This document shows positions 10,771 through 17,008 of a DNA stretch of 32,000 nucleotides, one piece after another (the first letter of the stretch is position 1; each line of letters opens with the position of its first letter). Origin of the DNA: Candidatus Nitrosacidococcus sp. I8 (lineage in GTDB: Bacteria > Pseudomonadota > Gammaproteobacteria > Nitrosococcales > Nitrosococcaceae). The position numbers and the translations under genes are program-made. Under the pieces are notes generated by a model, which ran no database searches, was not told where the DNA came from, and saw only the letters and a list, made by a program, of their open reading frames with translations. The stretch covers positions 1,318,275-1,350,274 of the forward strand of contig NZ_OX241534.1 in the NCBI RefSeq assembly GCF_945836005.1, read 5' to 3'.

Positions 10771-11214
10771 CTATTTCAGAGTATTTGATCGAGATAGTCG
10801 CCAAACATATATACATACTAAGATTAGTACAGCTGAAACAACTAACCCACCTATATCTGCTGAACTGAAAACTTTTGCGATGGATCCTTCATGGATTGCC
10901 GTAAAGCTAATTTTTATTAATGTAGCCACCAACGCAGCTAGGAAAAAATAAAATGATTTTTTACGATGCAAGTATAGCAGCATAGCAGCAATAAAAACAA
11001 AAGAATTTACTATAAACGTTAAGCCAACATCTTGCCATAGAATATGATCTACCATACCTTGCTGCTGCTCTATAGCAGAGGATGTTTTCGTACTAATGAG
11101 CATAAAAAAATAATTCATTAATGACCCACTGGAGACAATAGCAAAAAAAATTGATGTGACGATTACCCCTGTATTATAATCTCCTGGTCGTCTATGAGAG
11201 TCGTTTACATCCAT
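10771..11214 (-). CDS. Hypothetical integral membrane protein (about 4 TM), last gene of the amo-downstream cluster
   Basis: 147 aa. Hydrophobic segments at roughly residues 16-38, 63-83, 87-107 and 119-139. ATG preceded by GAGGA 7 nt upstream. No family recognised. Confidence 0.6.
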   Translation of the reverse strand: MDVNDSHRRPGDYNTGVIVTSIFFAIVSSGSLMNYFFMLISTKTSSAIEQQQGMVDHILWQDVGLTFIVNSFVFIAAMLLYLHRKKSFYFFLAALVATLIKISFTAIHEGSIAKVFSSADIGGLVVSAVLILVCIYVWRLSRSNTLK

Positions 11215-11254
11215 AACTATATCCTCAATTAAGCCTATCTCTTACAATATCTTT

Positions 11255-11761
11255 TTATTCTTTTTTAAGAAAGATTAAAGTTTCTGGTCTATTAAAAAAG
11301 CCATCATAATCCCCATCCACATTATAATCTTCCTTCAGCGTAAGTTTGTTACCTTCCAGAGAAGAAAACACTGCATGATCATTACTACTAGGATGCATTC
11401 TTAATTGCGTCCATGTATCGTTGCTTTTATTATATCTTCTATGGCCATAAGAATCTGCCGTCCACTGCATATAACCTTCAGTCATTGACACTCTACCAAC
11501 TTCTCGAGATATTTCAATCCAGTCAGTAGTATCATCTTCTTTTATTAATTTTTTATACCATGAATACTGATAAGTACCCTCTGATAAAGTAAGTAAAACT
11601 CTATTTTTTTCTATTTGATCCTTGCTACCTTTTATTTCAAAAGTAGATTCCCATGTACCTGCCAGGTCATACTTTACAATTTTAGTATCCTCAGATGGCT
11701 GGCAGGCTATTAGGAGCGCTAAGAATAGCACATATACCGGCAGTAGAAGAAAATTCTTCAC
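11255..11761 (-). CDS. Hypothetical lipoprotein, lipocalin-like pattern
   Basis: 168 aa, GTG start. Signal peptide with lipobox LLIA-C (MKNFLLLPVYVLFLALLIAC). A G-T-W motif shortly after the lipidated Cys (YDLAGTWES) and a beta-rich, Trp/Tyr-rich sequence. No SD seen. Starts 24 nt after the amoD-like stop. Confidence 0.65.
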   Translation of the reverse strand: MKNFLLLPVYVLFLALLIACQPSEDTKIVKYDLAGTWESTFEIKGSKDQIEKNRVLLTLSEGTYQYSWYKKLIKEDDTTDWIEISREVGRVSMTEGYMQWTADSYGHRRYNKSNDTWTQLRMHPSSNDHAVFSSLEGNKLTLKEDYNVDGDYDGFFNRPETLIFLKKE

Positions 11762-11785
11762 AAGAAAATAACTATGACTAGTTTT

Positions 11786-12319
11786 TTACGCAGCAGGCAT
11801 CATTTTTCTTTTCCGCTCTTCATACCAAAAGATAGAGCCGATAAAAATAGCACAGGATATTCCAGAGATAATCCAAGCTTTAGTGTGTAACCCTTTTCCC
11901 ACATGGAGCTCCATTTCATGATCGTGCTGATGATCACCATCATACAGCGTTACTCTAACCTTATATATTCCCGTTTCTAAAGTAGGAAAAAGATTTATTA
12001 CCCCACGAGGGTATTTTTCTGCAGGTCTCTCTGCAATGACTTTGCCTGCTGGATCAAGTAATTGAACAGCAATTTTGTGTTGCCGTAATTCTTCTCCTTC
12101 TAAATCAAAAACTAGTACTGCATTGCCTGTCATAGGCAACTCATGACACATAGGCTCATTACCAACAGTTTCTGGCTCATAAGCTGAGAAATGTACCTTA
12201 AAATCATCAATAAGCATAGCGCATCTATCTGAATCCATACCACCACCACCATGGGCAAACGCAGGCGTATGGCTCAATAAGACTAATGCTGCGAAATAGC
12301 TAAAAAGTATCTTCTTCAC
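11786..12319 (-). CDS. amoD: AmoD/PmoD-like exported protein with C-terminal membrane anchor (tentative)
   Basis: 177 aa. GTG start with strong SD (AGGAGG, 7-nt spacer). Signal peptide ending AFA|HGGGG, a soluble domain, and a C-terminal TM helix (residues 148-166) followed by EERKRK. Cys33-x9-His43 spacing, Met57-Cys58-His59...Met63, and His-rich DHQHDHEMELH. First gene after amoB, as amoD is in Nitrosococcus. The family call rests on architecture and position, not on an alignment. Confidence 0.5.
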   Translation of the reverse strand: MKKILFSYFAALVLLSHTPAFAHGGGGMDSDRCAMLIDDFKVHFSAYEPETVGNEPMCHELPMTGNAVLVFDLEGEELRQHKIAVQLLDPAGKVIAERPAEKYPRGVINLFPTLETGIYKVRVTLYDGDHQHDHEMELHVGKGLHTKAWIISGISCAIFIGSIFWYEERKRKMMPAA

Positions 12320-12365
12320 CGAGCAACCTCCTTTTTAGTCTTTATTTATTAGCACATGTAATAAC

Positions 12366-12420
12366 TGTTAAATAAATAAACGAGCCAGCCTCCTAATATT
12401 ATTACTTAGAAGCTGGCTCG
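12366..12420 (-). terminator. Rho-independent terminator after amoB
   Basis: Minus-strand RNA: CGAGCCAGCuUC-(16 nt loop)-GAgGCUGGCUCG, with a 9-bp GC-rich perfect stem plus 2 bp past one mismatch (12381-12420). Followed by UUUAUUUAUUU (12380-12370). Lies 64 nt after the amoB stop. Confidence 0.6.
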
Positions 12421-12483
12421 CCTTAAGAAAACCTTCTATAAATACAATATATTATTGATCTACAGAATACCTTCTATCACTAA

Positions 12484-13740
12484 TTAAGCGAAGCTTGGGA
12501 TCAATGGTGATCCAACTTCGACTGGGATTCTTCTTCCCTCTGGGTCTACGAAGAACAGTAAACCACCAAACCGGCTATCTGGGTCATAAATGACATCAGA
12601 AAGTCGTTGTACTTCCCAAGCAGCATCGGTGCCTACAACCTCAACAACTACTGTTTCACCAGGAGCAACATCTTGCTGGCTAACTTCTAAACCTTCTGGG
12701 GCAAGTAGTTCTTCTGGATAACCAGTATCATCTACAATTACATTAGGATTTAAGAAGCGTACACCACCTGTTTCAAACTCACCGATAGACATTACTTTAT
12801 CTGTATGGTTAGTAATTTCTACTTTAAACTTAATTGTTCTTCCAGGTACACGATAGCCTGCAGTTGTAATTTTTGCAGTGATTGGATCCTTACCATAAGG
12901 AGGAGTCAATGGCTTAATATCCTGTAGTAATCCGGATTGTAATGGGATTGTAATTGGAAATTCAGACTCTGTAGCTTGAAACCCATACATGATCACAACA
13001 AGAGTGCCTACTAAGAGTGCAGTTGCAGCTTTAGTATCTGTAGCTGTGAAAAGCTCATCCTCAGGTACTCCATCTTCCAACTTCATATGGCGTACTAAGA
13101 ATAAAGGACGACGCGCCCAGTAGAAAATCCAGAGAACACCAATAAGATACCAAAATCCATGCCAGCCAACAACCTTACTCATTCCAGTATCTTCTAGATC
13201 TAGAGTTCTTCCAGTAAGAGTTGTAATTTCATCTTTGAAATTAGCTTCGTTACCGGTTATTGTTACCCATTTTCCAGGACCAATAAGAGGGCCACCGCCT
13301 TGGATATTCATCATGGCATGAACGTGCCAATTACCAACGCGACGAGCTTTAAGCTCTACTCTAAAACTATAATCTCCACCTAGCTCAAGACCTACAGAGC
13401 GAGGAACAAAGATATCGTTAATATAAGATCCAGTCCGAATAAAAACAGGTCCAGGTTGGCCAATATTTAAGAAAGATACTCTAGGTAAATCCACAGCTTC
13501 TGGCCACTCGCTAAAAGTATGGAATTTTCCAGTAAGCTCATAGTTTTGACCTATTTCAACTGTATCTTTGGACCATTTTAAATCATACCAGTGGATTGTC
13601 CGCATCCGAAGGAATGCAGCCTGGGATCTTTCGCCATGAGCTGCTGCTATTGGTACATAGCAGGTACCTGCTAGTATTGCAGCAGCAGTACCCATTAGTA
13701 GCCATTTTTTCGTTTGATTTATCACATCTGTACTTTTCAT
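12484..13740 (-). CDS. amoB: Copper membrane monooxygenase subunit B (AmoB/PmoB)
   Basis: 418 aa. Signal peptide ending AAA|HGERSQAAFLRMRTIHWYD, so His is the predicted mature N-terminus. CuB ligand motif NWHVHAMMN. Two internal TM helices between two cupredoxin-like halves. C-terminus PLIPSFA. Colinear with M. capsulatus PmoB as remembered. Confidence 0.95.
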   Translation of the reverse strand: MKSTDVINQTKKWLLMGTAAAILAGTCYVPIAAAHGERSQAAFLRMRTIHWYDLKWSKDTVEIGQNYELTGKFHTFSEWPEAVDLPRVSFLNIGQPGPVFIRTGSYINDIFVPRSVGLELGGDYSFRVELKARRVGNWHVHAMMNIQGGGPLIGPGKWVTITGNEANFKDEITTLTGRTLDLEDTGMSKVVGWHGFWYLIGVLWIFYWARRPLFLVRHMKLEDGVPEDELFTATDTKAATALLVGTLVVIMYGFQATESEFPITIPLQSGLLQDIKPLTPPYGKDPITAKITTAGYRVPGRTIKFKVEITNHTDKVMSIGEFETGGVRFLNPNVIVDDTGYPEELLAPEGLEVSQQDVAPGETVVVEVVGTDAAWEVQRLSDVIYDPDSRFGGLLFFVDPEGRRIPVEVGSPLIPSFA

Positions 13741-13793
13741 ATTCGCTACTCTCCTAGTTAGCTTTTGATTATATTGTCCTTTTAAGCTTTGAC

Positions 13794-14555
13794 TTAGATG
13801 CTCTCAGTATAATAGCTTCTGCTGAACCAACGACCTGCCATATACCAACCAAAATACATACAGATAGAAACAAACCCAGAGAAAAAAGCGGATACAGGGA
13901 CTACGTCTTCACCAAAAGATCTTAGCGTACCTTTCTCAACCATGCGGATATACTCAGGATTACCAGTACGTACATAATGGAAACCCATAACGTCTGCTAC
14001 AGACATAACCAACCCATTTACATCAACAGGCTCATGGAATTGCCCGATAATAGGCCAGTTGGCTGGATACATTAATAGCCCATAACTCATTCCCCCAACA
14101 ACTGCAGCTAACACAAAGCTTTTAGCAAGAGCTAATGAAGCATCTAAAATTAAAGCCATTGGCAGTAATACAGTAGGTTGTACAAAATGAACTGGGAAAT
14201 AAGTGAATAAATGGAAATTAAAATAGCGATTAATCCATTCAGCTAGTATTAGCCCTAAGGTTACAAAAGTAGCACCAAAAGGAAGGCGGAACTTCTCCCA
14301 CATAAAAGCCTGCATAGCGGCAGGATAACAAACTGCTACAATCGGGGCAATAGTTACCCAAAAGCGACGATCTTTCCAATCAAGCCAAAAATCCCAATCT
14401 CCAGCTAGGAGCATATAGTGCACGTGAAATGAAGCTAGAAAGATAAAAAAGAAAGCACCTAAAGCTAAAATATCCATAGTTCTAGAGACTTTAGCAGCTT
14501 CTTCTGGCGAGTATACCGCGGAACCTGCTCCGGTTCCTACTCTTCCTGTTGCCAT
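13794..14555 (-). CDS. amoA: Copper membrane monooxygenase subunit A (AmoA/PmoA), Nitrosococcus-like
   Basis: 253 aa. Motifs GDWDFWLDWKDRRFWVT, WEKFRLPFGAT, YGLLMYPANWP and EYIRMVEKGTLRSFG. SD AGGAGAG 5 nt upstream of the ATG. Confidence 0.95.
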   Translation of the reverse strand: MATGRVGTGAGSAVYSPEEAAKVSRTMDILALGAFFFIFLASFHVHYMLLAGDWDFWLDWKDRRFWVTIAPIVAVCYPAAMQAFMWEKFRLPFGATFVTLGLILAEWINRYFNFHLFTYFPVHFVQPTVLLPMALILDASLALAKSFVLAAVVGGMSYGLLMYPANWPIIGQFHEPVDVNGLVMSVADVMGFHYVRTGNPEYIRMVEKGTLRSFGEDVVPVSAFFSGFVSICMYFGWYMAGRWFSRSYYTESI

Positions 14556-14580
14556 TTTAACTCTCCTATAAAATATACTT

Positions 14581-14637
14581 TTTAATAAAAAGCGGCTACT
14601 ATCTTAAAAGCTAATATCTAGTAAGATCGCAGCCGCT
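14581..14637 (-). terminator. Terminator-like or processing hairpin in the amoC-amoA spacer
   Basis: Minus-strand RNA: AGCGGCUGCGAUCUU-(17 nt loop)-AAGAUAGUAGCCGCU, 15 positions with one mismatch and one G.U pair. The G.U would be an A.C mismatch on the other strand. Followed by UUUUAUU (14590-14584). Lies 42 nt after the amoC stop and 35 nt before the amoA ATG. Confidence 0.5.
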
Positions 14638-14679
14638 ATAAATTAAGTCCTTAACTTAATGACTTATTATTCTCGTATC

Positions 14680-15465
14680 TTAGCGAACGTACTCTTCACT
14701 TTGTGAAAGTTCTCTACCGATAAGTTCACGAACACGTGGTAGTACTTGCATGGTTACACCGAACATGGCAAGAATAAACCAAGCAAAGAATACAAAGCCC
14801 CAGTGTAATGGTGCTACAAAAAGTTCTTCCATAAACCAGAAAGTATGACCCCACTCATTTAGTCCTACATTTGGGAAAATCATGAAAGGACCAAGAATAA
14901 GCATTAAATAAGATACAGACCAACCTCTGGAAAGGTTAAAGTAAGGAATACGAGTTACTGCATAAGCATAAGATCCTATACCAAACATAACGTAGATAGG
15001 ATAGCTCATATAGAACTCAAGGATGTGACTTGGAGTGAAATCAGTATCGCGAATAACGGTTTGATGCCAAGCACCATCTTGTTCAGTAAAGAAGCTAGCA
15101 CCCCAGAATAAACCAACACCATAAATTACCCACCAGCAATATAGGGAGCAATAACGGCGTAATTCTTCACGAGGGTGAAGACTATCTGGATCCCGCTCGC
15201 GGGTTTTCCACATATAGGTCACTAGTGCAAAAAGGGATGTAAACTCTAGAACTAGCTCGACGTATAGTAATCTCATCCAGTACTTATCAAATGCTGGATC
15301 AAATGAATCTAATCCATACTCCCAGCCAGCCCATCCTTCATAAAGACGTACACAAATGTAAAAAGCAAAGATAGCAGCGGTAGCAAGCCACATATTTCCC
15401 ATAGGAAATAAAGGAGCTTCTTCTACTACTGCACCTCGTGCTACAGCTCTACTAGTTGCAGCCAT
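14680..15465 (-). CDS. amoC: Copper membrane monooxygenase subunit C (AmoC/PmoC)
   Basis: 261 aa. Motifs RDTDFTPSHILEFYMSYPIY and PNVGLNEWGHTFWFMEELFVAPLH (Asn/His/His metal-site motif conserved). SD AGGAGG 9 nt upstream. Confidence 0.95.
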   Translation of the reverse strand: MAATSRAVARGAVVEEAPLFPMGNMWLATAAIFAFYICVRLYEGWAGWEYGLDSFDPAFDKYWMRLLYVELVLEFTSLFALVTYMWKTRERDPDSLHPREELRRYCSLYCWWVIYGVGLFWGASFFTEQDGAWHQTVIRDTDFTPSHILEFYMSYPIYVMFGIGSYAYAVTRIPYFNLSRGWSVSYLMLILGPFMIFPNVGLNEWGHTFWFMEELFVAPLHWGFVFFAWFILAMFGVTMQVLPRVRELIGRELSQSEEYVR

Positions 15466-15615
15466 GATGATATAACCTCCTATTCGACTGAACTGTATTT
15501 AGTAGGTCGGCTAGCAATTTATTAAGATCGCTATAACCCCCTACCCCTCTTATCTTCCCTCATCTAGGTAAATATAACTCCTAGCAGGAAGTATATAAAA
15601 CCCTCTGTATAAAGC

Positions 15616-15643
15616 AGTGTAGCACTACAACAATAGGAGTCAA
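15616..15643 (-). promoter_or_regulatory. Candidate sigma70 promoter for amoC
   Basis: Minus strand TTGACT (15643-15638), 16 nt, TACACT (15621-15616). This implies a leader of roughly 140 nt. AT-rich DNA gives many promoter look-alikes, so confidence is low. Confidence 0.3.
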
Positions 15644-15744
15644 GATATCTTGAGTATAAACTTTATATCCTATTGAAAATAACATATTATTTCGTAATAA
15701 AATTGTATTTTTATACTCTTTAGAGAGGAAAATCTCACTAAATT

Positions 15745-16590
15745 ATGACTAAAATTATTCTACAGGGAATTGGGCTTACTTCAGATTCTGCACAGAAAAT
15801 AGCAGAAAAATACGACATGGCACTCAATATTAAAAATAGTTATTATCAATTACATAAAAATATACAAATATCTAGTTTTAATCATGATGACTTAAACAAT
15901 CTAAGGGTTACTTATCCTTTTGATATTAATCTACTTCCCCATAATTACAATCCTAACCAAATCAAGCTTTTTATTTCTGATATGGATTCTACATTAATCA
16001 ATGTAGAGTGCATTGATGAGATTGCCGATTATGTTGGAAAAAAAAAAGAAGTAAGTAAAATTACAGAATCAGCGATGCGAGGAGAGTTGGATTTTAAAGA
16101 CTCTCTAACTCAACGAGTTAGATTATTAGCTGGAGTTTCTGAGTATATCCTTCAAAAAATATATGAAACTAGAATAAGGCTTAATCCTGGCGGTAGAGAA
16201 TTATTATCTGTTCTAAAACAAAAAAATATTAGGATAGCTCTCGTTTCCGGAGGATTTACTTATTTTACTGATCTGCTAAAACAAAAATATGACTTGAATT
16301 TTACTTTAGCAAATACATTAGAAATCAAGAATGGTAAATTAACTGGAGAAGTAACTCCCCCTATTGTGGATGCAACTACTAAAGCTCAATTTCTACTCTA
16401 TTTATGTAAAGAGCTTCAAATAGAAACTAGCCAAGTCATCGCAATCGGAGATGGGGCAAATGATTTAGAAATGTTAAAAACAGCAGGTCTAGGAATTGCT
16501 TATCATGCAAAGGAGAAGGTACAAAAAAGTGCACAGATTGTACTAAATCATTGCAGCTTAGATGGGGTTTTACCTTTTATAGGTTATTAA
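15745..16590 (+). CDS. serB: Phosphoserine phosphatase
   Basis: 281 aa. HAD motif I FISDMDSTLINVECIDEIA, VSGGF, and motif IV GDGANDLEMLKTAGLGIAYHAK. Short N-terminal domain. Confidence 0.9.
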   Translation: MTKIILQGIGLTSDSAQKIAEKYDMALNIKNSYYQLHKNIQISSFNHDDLNNLRVTYPFDINLLPHNYNPNQIKLFISDMDSTLINVECIDEIADYVGKKKEVSKITESAMRGELDFKDSLTQRVRLLAGVSEYILQKIYETRIRLNPGGRELLSVLKQKNIRIALVSGGFTYFTDLLKQKYDLNFTLANTLEIKNGKLTGEVTPPIVDATTKAQFLLYLCKELQIETSQVIAIGDGANDLEMLKTAGLGIAYHAKEKVQKSAQIVLNHCSLDGVLPFIGY

Positions 16591-16619
16591 AACCTGAATT
16601 TAGGAGCAAGCATAATAAA

Positions 16620-16677
16620 GGAAGTACATAACTAGTAGGTAAAAGTGCCTAGTTTATCTATGCACTTCCTCATTTTT
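16620..16677. terminator. Probable bidirectional terminator between serB and the convergent small ORF
   Basis: AGGAAGTaCATA...TATGcACTTCCT outer stem (16619-16630 / 16659-16670, one mismatch). Inner stem AACTAG/CTAGTT. U-run CAUUUUU on the plus strand and UUUAUUAU on the minus strand. Confidence 0.45.
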
Positions 16678-16705
16678 ACATATTAAAGCAAATTAACTAA
16701 CAAAA

Positions 16706-16819
16706 TTAATCTTTCATTAACCATTGAGCGAAGTAATAAATACCTACAACAACAGCTACTGTAACAACCAAGCCAATAGGGGTAAACATCATGTTAGTTA
16801 ACTTTAAAATTGCACCCAT
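16706..16819 (-). CDS. Putative 37-aa single-TM small protein (below the ORF-track cutoff)
   Basis: ATG at 16819 preceded by AGGAG with a 6-nt spacer. Translation MGAILKLTNMMFTPIGLVVTVAVVVGIYYFAQWLMKD has one clear hydrophobic helix. Followed by the hairpin at 16620-16670. Confidence 0.45.
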   Translation of the reverse strand: MGAILKLTNMMFTPIGLVVTVAVVVGIYYFAQWLMKD

Positions 16820-17008
16820 TTTTATCTCCTTTTATGTAAAATTTATATAGATAACATTCTGTGTTATCTTTAAAACACCAGTTGATCATTTAAGGCTATA
16901 AGGTTATAGCAAATTATTTTTTTAAACAAGCTAGTCTTAAAAATTTATTTCCCAACCCTAATATAGAAATAGTAAATAAAATAATTATAGATTTTACTTA
17001 ACCTCTCC

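Noticed and set aside
10771-15465. The amo cluster as a horizontally acquired island, because it looks less AT-rich than its surroundings.
   Set aside because: There is no integrase, transposase, tRNA target or flanking direct repeat. It abuts trpC and serB without scars. The compositional difference is adequately explained by hydrophobic, highly conserved, highly expressed membrane proteins.
15536-15560. G-quadruplex potential of the G-rich tract in the amoC leader.
   Set aside because: Only three runs of three or more G are present (GGG, GGGG, GGGGG), with a 9-nt first loop. That does not make a canonical four-run G4.
15531-15563. 10-codon upstream ORF (MREDKRGRGL) in the amoC leader.
   Set aside because: The nearest SD-like sequence is about 15 nt away, the peptide has no informative content, and a G-rich tract explains the codons. 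This is most likely not translated.
15641-15652. Perfect 12-bp palindrome CAAGATATCTTG overlapping the candidate amoC -35 element, considered as a stand-alone regulator site.
   Set aside because: A 6+6 palindrome is expected roughly ten times by chance in 32 kb of DNA this AT-rich. I kept it only as a detail of the leader finding.
16895-16910. Inverted repeat GCTATAA-gg-TTATAGC followed by a T-run, considered as a terminator.
   Set aside because: A 2-nt loop is sterically implausible, the stem is AT-rich, and no plus-strand gene ends nearby.
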